Shown: positions 28,170 to 38,276, numbered from the stretch's first letter. The stretch is DNA of 64,000 nucleotides from an uncultured bacterium (GCA_965603515.1 CBFDDH010000007.1:1231-65230); one strand, 5' to 3'. Translations and numbers: made by a program. The notes: generated by a model from the letters alone, not told the origin.

Positions 28170-28489
28170 TAAAATCGAACACTTTGGTACCTGCTACGAT
28201 TTTGTACGATTTTATCTTAAGTCATTGTTATTACCCGATTCATCGGGCACTGTCTGATAAACCCCGCTCCTCTACGAGGGACGTGGGGTAAATCACCAGT
28301 CTGCCTCAGGCAGAGACGACTACGCCCCATGTCATTACGCCTGTTCGCCTTCGGCGAACGTGTCGCCGGTTCTCCGACACTCCGTCACTCCCATACTCTG
28401 GCACTTACCAATGGCCGCTGCGCAGCAGCCAATACCGTCGCGAAGCGACCAAAACCGTTGCGGAGCAACTTAAACCGCACAGAGTGCCA

Positions 28490-29272
28490 TCAATCAATTC
28501 CTGCTCTTTTCATAACGTCGATGATCTCCTGGGCGGGCAAAATAATTGGTAGAGCTGGCAAACCACCCATACCCCTGGACAATTCATCACCCATTACATC
28601 TTGAACCTTACTCGTCCTCATTAAGGCTATGCCGACAATCTTACCATCTAGAGTAAATGCTGGTACACCCAAACCACCCAAGAGAGCTTTCATCGGATCA
28701 ATCATGTACATGATTCTTGGTTTCTTGATAATAGCTTGAACTCGACTGACACTTACTACCGGAGCAAAACCACCAGTATTACCTAATCTCGACAACGAAA
28801 CAATTCGGTCTAGAATTTCCGGTTCTGTATTATCACCAATATCAATTGCCGTGAGTTTCTTTTCCACTTTATCAATCGGTTTAATAAATGCAAGATCAAG
28901 GTCCTGATCACGCAATACTATATTGGCCGGTATTTCTTCATTATCAGACAAAATCATCGTGACATCTTTAACCTTTGTTTCATCTACCATTGCACCATAC
29001 ATGTTGGCTGGACTGATACTCGATAGAGACAATACTGCCAACCCAGATTTATCAATGACCGTTACAAGGATTTCGATTTTTCGTTCTGATTCGTACATTT
29101 CTATTATGACCCTTGCGGTGATCACAGCATCCTGCCATTTTTCCAGGACTTTTTGCGAAAGCTCTGCCGTCTCATCAGCCCATACTGGACCTACCCATAG
29201 ACTTGTTACCATTAACAAACACAACACTGACAAGCAGTGTCGGTGAACCCTACTTGTTTTTTTCTTATTCAT
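28490..29272 (-). CDS. Trypsin-like (S1C) fold protein lacking catalytic His and Ser
   Basis: Signal peptide; RDQDLDLAFI and LDGKIVGI retained; GGLGVP replaces GNSGGP. Confidence 0.7.
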   Translation of the reverse strand: MNKKKTSRVHRHCLSVLCLLMVTSLWVGPVWADETAELSQKVLEKWQDAVITARVIIEMYESERKIEILVTVIDKSGLAVLSLSSISPANMYGAMVDETKVKDVTMILSDNEEIPANIVLRDQDLDLAFIKPIDKVEKKLTAIDIGDNTEPEILDRIVSLSRLGNTGGFAPVVSVSRVQAIIKKPRIMYMIDPMKALLGGLGVPAFTLDGKIVGIALMRTSKVQDVMGDELSRGMGGLPALPIILPAQEIIDVMKRAGID

Positions 29273-29324
29273 ATCTTCTCTCCATTTCTCCGGTTCTCCG
29301 TGTCTCCATGTCTCCGTTTCTCAA

Positions 29325-31358
29325 TTATTCCCAGTCCGGTTCCATTTCAACAAAGAGCGTATGAATACCGCGCATCACTTTCATCACCACATTCTTAGGT
29401 GTTTTTTTTGCGATATCCTCCATAGTTTTTTCAAATGCAACAACGTTCTCTATATAGTTATTGTCGACTTCAGTTATCAAATCACCAGTCAATAAATTGG
29501 CAAGCCCCGCCCATGAGCCATTACTGACAATTTCGACCAGTACACCAGTCTGTTCTTGTGTCAACATCTGGTTTACGCGGTCAACGAACGCGATATCCCG
29601 AACCGTAAACTCAAAATTATCATCCCGATACTTTTTCATTTCACGCGGTAGCCGCGGTGACGTTCCAAGTTTGATTGACAAATCAAGCTGCTTGCTATTA
29701 CGGAGCAGCGTGATTTTCACAGTTGAACCAATCGTATAGCGTCTTATCATAGTTGGTAGAATGTCTATGTCTGACTGTTCTGAAGCTTCAATCGGTTTAT
29801 CATTAATAGCGATGAGAATATCACCGACTTCTATGCCCGCTTTCTGCGCAGGACTGTCTTCAAAAACCTGGACTGCGCGTACGCCTTGCTGACCTTTCAT
29901 ACCGAGTTCCTCAGCAATATTCCGGGTCAGTACTTGGATACCAATACCCAGCCAAGCCTTTTGCATTTCTTGGCCTTGTTCGATCATCCCTTTTTTGCCT
30001 ATCTTGACAACCGTTATGTACCGACTTTTGCCTCTCTCAAAGGTCACTAACACTGGAACCACTTCGTCTTTGTCTTTGATAAGATCCCTGGTTAGATCTT
30101 TCAAATCTTCAATGCTCTTCACTACCGAATTACCGACTGATACAATAATAGCATTATAGTTAATTGCTGGCTTTGCCTCGCCGCACGGACCGCCAGGACG
30201 AACTGAGGTCACGAGCACTCCATCCTGATTATCACGCTTCATTTCTTTAGCGGCAAGCAAAGAAATATTACGTACAGTAATACCCCATTCTTTGAGTTCA
30301 ACTGTTTTGGGACGGAGATATTCACGCTTCTGGGGTGCTATATATACGGATATTTCTCGGTTGTCGCGCATGATAACGACTAGTACTTTCTGACCAACAG
30401 TCTGCTCATTCACGACTTCATTGAACAGTGGTAGCTCTTCATTGAACTGCACAGTCACATCATAACCTGCCAATTTCACGATGATATCACCCGCTAAAAG
30501 ACCCGCCTTATCAGCTGGAGAACCCTCGATCACCCCGCTAATCAGAGCACCGGTTTTGCCCTGGTATGATTTGAGCAAAGGTTGAACCTCAAAACCAAAC
30601 CAGGAACGGATTATTTCCCCCCGATTTATCAGTTCGAGAGCAACCTTCTTGGCCATGTTACCAGGAATCGCACCGGCAATTCCAAAACTGATTTCATTTA
30701 TGCCGACGATTTCGCCCTTGAGATTAACTAATGGACCACCAGAATTACCCGGGTAAATCGCCGCATCATGCCCTATCCAGCGCACGACTGACCCTACATC
30801 CTCACCTTCCAAAGTGAATTTGAATGGCATAAAGACATCAGGTATCACCATTTCAGTATTACTAACAATACCCAGGGTTACTGACTGGGATAATGCTAAA
30901 GGACTACCCATTGCAAGAATTCGGTCACCGACCTGCAAATCGTCAGAATTCCCAAATTCGACAAAGGGATATTTCTGTTTGATGGGATTTCGCAACTTAA
31001 TTACTGAAATATCGGAAACTGGATCAGTACCTATCAAATCAGCTTCTACTTCTTCTTTATTCGACAGTGTACATACCAGACGTTTGGCTCGACCGGCAAC
31101 ATGATGATTCGTAACCACGTGCCCTTCCGCTGTGATTATCACACCGCTACCCGATGATTCCTCCTTCACTTCCCTGCCTTGATTGTCCCATACTGAAACA
31201 ACGTGTATTCTAATCAGTGCTGGTTTGACCTTGGCAATAGCATTGTCGACTGCTTGTTGAGTATCCCCAGCATCTTCGTTAAGAGCTTGCCCATGAACAA
31301 TAGACAGTGATAAAAATATACTCAGTATTATCACATATAAAATTCCCCTATATTTCAT
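29325..31358 (-). CDS. HtrA/DegP-like serine protease with four PDZ-like domains
   Basis: TNHHV, DISVIK, GNSGGP; PDZ-like segments starting WFGF, WGIT, WLGI and EFTVR. Confidence 0.88.
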   Translation of the reverse strand: MKYRGILYVIILSIFLSLSIVHGQALNEDAGDTQQAVDNAIAKVKPALIRIHVVSVWDNQGREVKEESSGSGVIITAEGHVVTNHHVAGRAKRLVCTLSNKEEVEADLIGTDPVSDISVIKLRNPIKQKYPFVEFGNSDDLQVGDRILAMGSPLALSQSVTLGIVSNTEMVIPDVFMPFKFTLEGEDVGSVVRWIGHDAAIYPGNSGGPLVNLKGEIVGINEISFGIAGAIPGNMAKKVALELINRGEIIRSWFGFEVQPLLKSYQGKTGALISGVIEGSPADKAGLLAGDIIVKLAGYDVTVQFNEELPLFNEVVNEQTVGQKVLVVIMRDNREISVYIAPQKREYLRPKTVELKEWGITVRNISLLAAKEMKRDNQDGVLVTSVRPGGPCGEAKPAINYNAIIVSVGNSVVKSIEDLKDLTRDLIKDKDEVVPVLVTFERGKSRYITVVKIGKKGMIEQGQEMQKAWLGIGIQVLTRNIAEELGMKGQQGVRAVQVFEDSPAQKAGIEVGDILIAINDKPIEASEQSDIDILPTMIRRYTIGSTVKITLLRNSKQLDLSIKLGTSPRLPREMKKYRDDNFEFTVRDIAFVDRVNQMLTQEQTGVLVEIVSNGSWAGLANLLTGDLITEVDNNYIENVVAFEKTMEDIAKKTPKNVVMKVMRGIHTLFVEMEPDWE

Positions 31359-31612
31359 TCGTTTCTCCTTTTCTTTTTTCAGCTATCTCTTCACACTTTT
31401 CTGTAATCTGTTATGAGTATAGCGAAATATAACAATAATGTCAATTGGGGATGAATATTGTATCGGTGTAATGGAGTGACGGAGTATCGGAGATAAAAAG
31501 AAAAAATATTGAACTATTTGGGATTTGGTTCTTGGAACTTGCTTCTTGATAGTCATCCGAAAAACAACACTCCATCATATTGACATTACGTCCAAAACGA
31601 CTAAAATATCCC

Positions 31613-32224
31613 ATGAAAAATATCGCAGTATTAGCTTCAGGCAGAGGTACAAATCTGCAGGCGATCATTGAAAACGTTGAAAACGGCACACTCAAGGCAA
31701 ACCTTGCATGCGTAATCAGTGACCGTGAAGACGCCAAAGCTCTGGACAGGGCGCGTCAGCACAATGCAAAAGCGATCTATCTTGATCCTGGTCCAAAAAA
31801 GACCTGGCTTATCCCGGAGGTCGAACAAAAATACGTGCAGACCCTGAAAGACCATAATGTTGACCTGGTGTGTCTTGCCGGATTCATGAGGATTTTGAAA
31901 AAGCCGCTACTCGATGCATTTGCTGGAAGGATAATTAATATTCACCCTTCGCTTTTGCCATCATTCCCTGGTTTGAATGTACAGAAAAAAGCGCTTGATT
32001 GGGGTGTGAAATTCTCCGGATGCACAGTTCATTTTGTCGATGACACGGTTGATGGCGGTCCGATCATTATTCAGGCAGCAGTACCCATACTTGATGATGA
32101 TGCACCTGAAAAACTTGCCGAGCGGATATTAAAAGAAGAGTGGCGTATCTATACCGAGGCAATAAACCTCATCCTCTCTGGCAAATACAGGATTGAAGGA
32201 AGAAGAGTCATACAAACTGAATAG
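31613..32224 (+). CDS. purN: Phosphoribosylglycinamide formyltransferase
   Basis: IAVLASGRGTNL, LAGFMRIL, INIHPSLLP, GCTVHFV, DGGPII. Confidence 0.97.
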   Translation: MKNIAVLASGRGTNLQAIIENVENGTLKANLACVISDREDAKALDRARQHNAKAIYLDPGPKKTWLIPEVEQKYVQTLKDHNVDLVCLAGFMRILKKPLLDAFAGRIINIHPSLLPSFPGLNVQKKALDWGVKFSGCTVHFVDDTVDGGPIIIQAAVPILDDDAPEKLAERILKEEWRIYTEAINLILSGKYRIEGRRVIQTE

Positions 32225-32505
32225 AAGTTGGGATTGGGTTAGGAAGCTGGATGACTGAATTATTTCGACTTGCTTTGGAGTTTATTTCTTGACGTTTGTT
32301 CCAGCATCCACAGCAAATAACCATTCAGGACGGTGTAATAACATTCTACTTTTGGATAAGATAGTGTCATACCTTTTGGGGTTAAAGCGATTCTTGCCAT
32401 GCAAGCTCGCATGTGTTTTGACGACCCCGGGGGGATTTGAGGTCTCCGTTTGGTTTTTGTGGTTTTTCAAAAAGCAAATGGAGAGAAGGGGGGTGTCCCC
32501 CCTTC

Positions 32506-32579
32506 GGGCGGTTAGCTCAGTTGGTTAGAGCGTCGGTCTCACATACCGAAGGTCATGCGTTCAAGTCGCATACCGCCCA
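32506..32579 (+). tRNA. tRNA-Val(CAC), CCA not encoded
   Basis: Cloverleaf: acceptor GGGCGGT/ACCGCCC, D stem GCTC/GAGC, anticodon stem TCGGT/ACCGA with loop CTCACAT, T stem ATGCG/CGCAT. Confidence 0.97.
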
Positions 32580-32586
32580 TTGATTC

Positions 32587-32685
32587 TCAACGCTTTGCGG
32601 GCACCCCTGTTTTTCGCAGAGGCTCTTGTGCCAGATCTGTGCCAACTTCCAACCTCTTCAGTGCTTCCCTAAGATGAGCATCCAT
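32587..32685 (-). pseudogene. Probable C-terminal remnant of a tyrosine integrase
   Basis: Reads DAHLREALKRLEVGTDLAQ...*, resembling post-catalytic tails of tyrosine integrases; ends beside the tRNA and overlaps the TGTGCCA repeat. Confidence 0.5.
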
Positions 32686-33003
32686 AACCAGAGATTTGTC
32701 AAGGATAAAGTGCAATGGAGTAGCGTTAACAATTAAAAAAAACCAGCTATTGAAAGTTGATCTACCAATGATAAACTTATGAACTATTGTGATGAAAATG
32801 GTAAGACGCGTCTATGACGGAAAAGACTGTAGATTCGGTCCTGACCCCGCCTCCATCATTTCGATAGTGAGGCTCGTGGAAAAGTGGGTCCTTGAGAAAA
32901 GTGTAATGCTCGAACGCCTGAGGAAAAATATAGGAAAAAGGAAATTACAGAAATAGAAAAATATGAGCGGGCAATATGTGATTTCTAACAAAAAGGAGGA
33001 AAC

Positions 33004-33330
33004 ATGAAAGGAATATACAAAGCCCTAACTCTTGTAGCGATTTTTGCTATTACCACAATGCTATTTGCAGATTGGTCCGGCTTTGTGGGTTATGTTTATG
33101 AAGACATTGGAAATCCTGCATATCCAGCAAATGTAAGGGCCTGGAGAGATGGTTTTGACAAAACAGTTGACACAGAGGAAAACGGCTGGTACGAACTAAG
33201 TTGCCCTGGAGCTACTTACACGATGAGAGCCTGGGATGCAGATCAGGAGGTGTACAAGTACCTTGTAGAATGTAAAGGTTGGAGTACCAGGGTTGATTTT
33301 TATCTACCTCTAAATGAACCTGATAAATGA
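33004..33330 (+). CDS. Small secreted protein, carboxypeptidase-regulatory-like domain
   Basis: AAGGAGG RBS, signal peptide, GYVYE..TDTEENGWYEL..GATYTMRA. Confidence 0.7.
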   Translation: MKGIYKALTLVAIFAITTMLFADWSGFVGYVYEDIGNPAYPANVRAWRDGFDKTVDTEENGWYELSCPGATYTMRAWDADQEVYKYLVECKGWSTRVDFYLPLNEPDK

Positions 33331-33426
33331 ACCTGATCAGGGAGATGAATAGTTCAACTAATCAGTTCTTTATAACTGATTGATAAGACGATTGTTGCCC
33401 GCTCACTTATCATCAAAAAAACGTTC

Positions 33427-35373
33427 TTGACAAAAGACACTTATACTAATATAATGAACAAAAGAGGAGTCATGAACTTAGCGTTATTATTTTATCTTAT
33501 GGTGGCCATGAACTGCCAGAAATCTCATGTGCAATTAAACGATTCACTTCCCCAGATGCCGGGCTGGCCCAAGGAGCTCGATTGTCAAAGCTCAGTCGGC
33601 GTAACTTTAGCAGATATAAATCAAGATGGTTTTCTGGAAATCTTAGTAGGAACCTATGATGCTACCTATGATACATGTGAGTTTCACGTATGGGATTACC
33701 AGGGCAATGAACTGCCGGGCTGGCCCAAAGTTATTAGGTTGTACGATATACTGGGAAAACCAGCCGTCGCAGATCTTGATCCATCATACCCTGGGCTGGA
33801 AATCATCGTGTCAGATTTCAATTGCAGAATCTATGCCTGGCACAGCGATGGCACAGACGTAACTGGGTGGCCTTATAACGCAGGCATGACCAGTGCTTAT
33901 TGTTCTCCCGCAATATCAGACATTGATCACGATGGAGATCTTGAAGTAGTATATAATTCGCAGAATGGCGTGCATGTCATCAGTCATGACGGCACACCAT
34001 ACCCAGGATGGCCAGTATGGACGAGCAGTGGATATCGTACGCCGTCAATTGCCGATGTTGATCAAGACGGAATCGTGGATATTTGCATACAGGTATTCCA
34101 TGCTCTATATCTTTATGACATTTATGGTAATGTTAAGCCAGGATGGCCCATAATCTTTGAAGAATGGAATTCTGGCAGTTCTTGTCAGCCTGTTTTAGCT
34201 GATCTTGACAATGATAATGACCTGGAAATAATGATGGCATATTACATTCCTGATCCCCCTAATTCTAAAATCTATGTTGCAATTTATCATCATGATGCCA
34301 CGTCTTTTGAGAACTGGCCGCAGGAATTTCCCGGTCCCATGACTTTTGTGACTCCAGTTGTGGGTGACATAGATAATGACGGTGATCTTGAAATATGCGG
34401 CGGCGGTAATGTTGCAGAACCCTGGCCAGGTTTTATGTTCAGACATCACACTGGCGATACAGTTCAGGGCTGGCCACAAGCTGTAGATGCTGCTAGCTGC
34501 ACGCCTATTATATTTGATCTTGATCTGAGCAACAATGGTAAAAGAGAGATCGTTATCAATACTAACAGCAATATGACTAACCAATTCCTCGCCTTTCATG
34601 ACGACGGAACTAATGTTGATGGCTGGCCGCAAACTACTGGCTGTGCTCATCCAAACGCTGCAGCGGTTGGTGATGTTGACAAGGATGGCGACATCGAAAT
34701 CGCGATCGCAGCTGGTGATGGTACGAAAAGATACCCCGTACGTGTGTATCTTTTTACTGTCGAGGGTGTAGAATACCGTCCGTACATGACCGAATGGGGC
34801 TCATGGTTTCATGATAACTGGAACACCGGCTGGTTTCATCCAAAAGCACCGCAAGATGTCAATGCGGTAAGCTCACCAGCTTTCATACGTCTTACCTGGA
34901 CACAAAACACAGAACCCGATATTGCGGGTTACAACATCTACAGAAGCGACAGCAGTGGAGGTCCGTATTCTAAGATCAATAGCTCTATTATCAACGACAC
35001 GGAATACGTCGATATACCACCAGATTCCAATGACTACTTCTATTGCATCACTGCAGAAATCCTGGCACGTACAGAATCTCGTTTGAGCGATGAAGTATCT
35101 GGGCACCTGGGTATAGCTAACAGAAATGTGGATGTGTTTCCGTTCATATCGGCAGGACCTACCCCCTTCACTCAAGCAATAACATTTCATGTCCCTGAAG
35201 GTGAATCAGCGACTATCACAATTTATAAAAGTGATGGGTCTATTGTTGATAAACTGAAGGGGCAAGGAGCAATTCGATGGCATCCTTCACAAGACATATC
35301 CGCTGGTATCTATTTTGTCAAGCTAAAAACAGATAAAGATCTTCTTGAATATAAGATTGTAAAAATTCACTAG
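33427..35373 (+). CDS. Secreted FG-GAP/VCBS-repeat protein with FN3 and C-terminal sorting-type domain (start probably 33454 or 33472)
   Basis: Repeated GWP...DIDxDGxLEI; LTWTQNTEPDIAGYNIYR FN3; AGIYFVKL terminus. Confidence 0.85.
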   Translation: MTKDTYTNIMNKRGVMNLALLFYLMVAMNCQKSHVQLNDSLPQMPGWPKELDCQSSVGVTLADINQDGFLEILVGTYDATYDTCEFHVWDYQGNELPGWPKVIRLYDILGKPAVADLDPSYPGLEIIVSDFNCRIYAWHSDGTDVTGWPYNAGMTSAYCSPAISDIDHDGDLEVVYNSQNGVHVISHDGTPYPGWPVWTSSGYRTPSIADVDQDGIVDICIQVFHALYLYDIYGNVKPGWPIIFEEWNSGSSCQPVLADLDNDNDLEIMMAYYIPDPPNSKIYVAIYHHDATSFENWPQEFPGPMTFVTPVVGDIDNDGDLEICGGGNVAEPWPGFMFRHHTGDTVQGWPQAVDAASCTPIIFDLDLSNNGKREIVINTNSNMTNQFLAFHDDGTNVDGWPQTTGCAHPNAAAVGDVDKDGDIEIAIAAGDGTKRYPVRVYLFTVEGVEYRPYMTEWGSWFHDNWNTGWFHPKAPQDVNAVSSPAFIRLTWTQNTEPDIAGYNIYRSDSSGGPYSKINSSIINDTEYVDIPPDSNDYFYCITAEILARTESRLSDEVSGHLGIANRNVDVFPFISAGPTPFTQAITFHVPEGESATITIYKSDGSIVDKLKGQGAIRWHPSQDISAGIYFVKLKTDKDLLEYKIVKIH

Positions 35374-35770
35374 GTATCATACGTATACATCTGATACCTC
35401 CCCCCCGAGCAGCTCTTATTAGCATACTTCCTGTATCCCACAATACAGTCAGTTGAGTAGCCTGTTAACCACCTCAAACAGCACTCTCAGTACTTTCCCT
35501 GTTTCTTGTCTATAACCTCTCGGTTTACGCGAGATCTTGGACATCCTGGGGAGTTAGCGGTAGAAACAGTTTTTAGAAAACAAAGGGGCGGCAGTTATTC
35601 ACCACCGACCCTCCATTTACCTTGTGCCATATCTGTGCCATTTTATCACCAAAACACGTGGTAACAGACAGAATTCCCAGTAATAGGCAGAATTGTGCAA
35701 ATGCTTGTCTTTATTGACTTTGGGCGATTTTGAACGTAATCTCGAAGGTTATGAAAAAGGCTCAAAACGC

Positions 35771-35813
35771 TCTCACATACCGAAGGTGACTGGTTCAAAT
35801 CCAGTACCGCCCA
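35771..35813 (+). repeat. att-like 3' half of tRNA-Val with a different T stem
   Basis: TCTCACATACCGAAGGT matches the tRNA, then ACTGG-TTCAAAT-CCAGT-ACCGCCCA. Confidence 0.9.
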
Positions 35814-35894
35814 GTGTTTCCCGTTTTTATCATATTAGAAAATAGATAATAATATTAAGGAAACGGGATCCTCGTTCCGCAAAGCGGAACGGGA

Positions 35895-35913
35895 CAAGTC
35901 GCATACCGCCCAT
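35895..35913 (+). repeat. Second att-like duplication of the tRNA-Val 3' end (19 bp exact)
   Basis: CAAGTCGCATACCGCCCAT identical to 32562-32580. Confidence 0.88.
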
Positions 35914-36136
35914 GCGAAATTTACCCAAAATATGTTTTGGCTGTAAATTTCATCATCCCGAGTTTATCGAGGGATACAAACTCATACTTCTTTAATTGAT
36001 TTCAGCACCCTGAACCCATGTGGGGGATTCCGATTGGTTTCGAATTCACTTGACAAATCAGAAACTGTGTATACAATATTGTATATTTCTATATAGGTTT
36101 AAGTGTATTATGTTAAAAGTATAGAAGGGAGGTAGA

Positions 36137-38254
36137 ATGAAATACATCATAGTCATGACTGTTGTGGTCGCCAGCTTCATTTTTGCCGATAATCTCGTAA
36201 CCAACGGCGATTTTGAGCAGGAGCTGACCACCGGATGGTTAGAGTATTCTGGCGGGATTACTGATTCAATTACACGTGCCGCAACCTATGATCCTGACCC
36301 GGATTACGAGGCGTTCGTGTATCGCGCATCAGAGGGTGGTTACAGCAAATTATATCAGATAATTGATATCCCCTCTACGGATCTTGATTTCTCAGTGAAT
36401 GCGAAACTATATGCATATGATAATCACACCAGTGCGTGGACTGGCGCAAGCGTAATGATATCATATCTTAATAACAGTGGTTCTGTGTTGGGAGCTACCA
36501 GGATCTGTGCTCGCTCCACTCAGTGCCCATGGAATAATTCATCTACAATGCATATCATAGCGGCTGTTGACTCATTCTGGCACAACTACTCATTCAATAT
36601 CGAAACAGAACTCGCAAACCTCTCTGCTGTGAATCCGACAGATGTGAAGAAAATAGAAATAGCTCTGTTCGATTCAACTTATCATTGCTGAGGGGCGACA
36701 GAAACGGCAAAGGTCTTTGCCGATGATGTCGATCTTGATTTTACTGTAACGGGTGTATATCTTGCTTATCGCGATGATACAATAGATGATCAAAGTGGTA
36801 ACAATAATGGCGTGCTTGATCCGGGTGAAACGGCTGACATAAGTGTCCGTATCAAGAATTTTGGTGACCAGACCGCCACAAATGTATCAGGGACGCTCAG
36901 GACTTCATCTCCAGATATTACCATCAATGATGACTACGGTTACTGGGGGACAATTGCGCCAAGCGATAGCGTTGAGAATACAGCAAATCCATTCAATGTA
37001 ACAGCTAATGGCTCAAGCTCTGCTGGAACAGTTGTCGATTTTGAACTGGAAGTGACTGATACTGACAGATACACAGATACCCTGTACTTCAGTATCATCA
37101 TAGGTGGTGAAGGATTCGATTATGTTACCCATAACTGCGGTAATGTAAAACTCACGGTGACAAGGTATGGCACGTTTGGATACATGTCTGCTTTTGCACC
37201 CAATCCTGGAGACGGTTTCTGTTATCCCATAACAAGTAATAGCCACTTGTTCATAGGAACGTTCGCCGCCGGCAATAGTGCGGCGTACTGTGTTGACCGT
37301 TTCTTTAAAGGTGGTACAGATGACGACGACTGGCATACCACAGGTGTTCCTGACGGTATGGTAAGGATGTTTGAACCTGGTCCTGATGATTGGGATGAAT
37401 ATGCAACGGCACATTTTGATGACGCCGGACACGCTTCTCCACAGGATTTAGTAGTTGAACATCACTCCTGGGCATGGGATGATGCAAATGCAAATGATTT
37501 TGTAATTGTCAAATTCATATTACGTAATGAAGGGAGCACAACACTGAGTAATCTCTATGCGGCCACGTTCATGGATTGGGATGTCGGAACTGCAACAAGC
37601 AATCAGGGTTCATCTGATGCGGCGCGAAATTTAACCTGGCTATACCAAAATACACCGTATGTAGGCGTAGCTATCCTCGATCCGCCACGAACCACAACTG
37701 CGGCAAATCTTTCATTGGTTAGCCATAAAGACTATGTTTATCCGCTTAATGGCTTACCAGATAGCGTGATGATCCAGTTTATGGATGGAACAATTCAACA
37801 AGCGACCACAGATACTATTTATGATTGGTCAGCATGCAACTCATCAGGTCCATTTACACTTGCGCCTACAGACACATTTACTGCTGCCTTTGCAATCCTG
37901 GGCGGGGATAATCTCAGCGACCTTCAGGAAAATGCTGATACTGCTTACAATCGTTACTGGGGTAATATCGGAACCGAAGAGTGGAGTACTCCATCCCCTG
38001 CAAATATCAGTCTATATCCAGCGATCTCTCATGGTAAAGCCTACACAATTGTGTACAGCATGTCAGTTGAAACACCTGTACATGTGAAAGTGTATAATAC
38101 AGTTGGTCAACTATTAAAAGAACAGGACTTTGGTAGAATATCAGGTGCAGGCGAATTAAAACTGGATATCTCTCATTTTGCTCAGGGTGTGTACTTTGCT
38201 CAAATCGAATATGGGAATACGAAACAGACTTCAAAAATCATCTGGTTAAAATAA
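36137..38254 (+). CDS. Secreted jelly-roll/Ig-like protein with C-terminal sorting-type domain; one 705-aa ORF if TGA 36689-36691 is decoded (putative selenoprotein, motif HC-U-G)
   Basis: Track ORFs 36137..36691 and 36812..38254 share a frame; the 40 intervening codons are open; SECIS-like hairpin follows. Confidence 0.8.
36696..36731 (+). promoter_or_regulatory. SECIS-like stem-loop
   Basis: CGACA/TGTCG lower stem, CGGCAAA/TTTGCCG upper stem, GGTC loop 20 nt after TGA. Confidence 0.75.
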
Positions 38255-38276
38255 AAATTGATTAGGCGAATCATAT

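Larger units (their letters stand above)
32580..35913. mobile_element. Decayed integrative island at tRNA-Val
   Basis: tRNA 3' duplications at 35771-35813 and 35895-35913; 19/20-identical direct repeat CTTGTGCCA.ATCTGTGCCA at 32625 and 35621; no intact integrase. Confidence 0.75.

Noticed and set aside
28388-28492. UGA readthrough of the pseudo-protease into the downstream structured region
   Set aside because: The extension is short, not domain-like and has no Cys context; an ordinary stop is simpler.
33328-33340. UGA readthrough at the end of the 108-aa island gene
   Set aside because: Another in-frame TGA follows after one codon, there is no hairpin, and a 13-bp duplication explains it.
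35771-35813. A second functional tRNA gene
   Set aside because: The 5' acceptor strand and D arm are missing; it is an att remnant.
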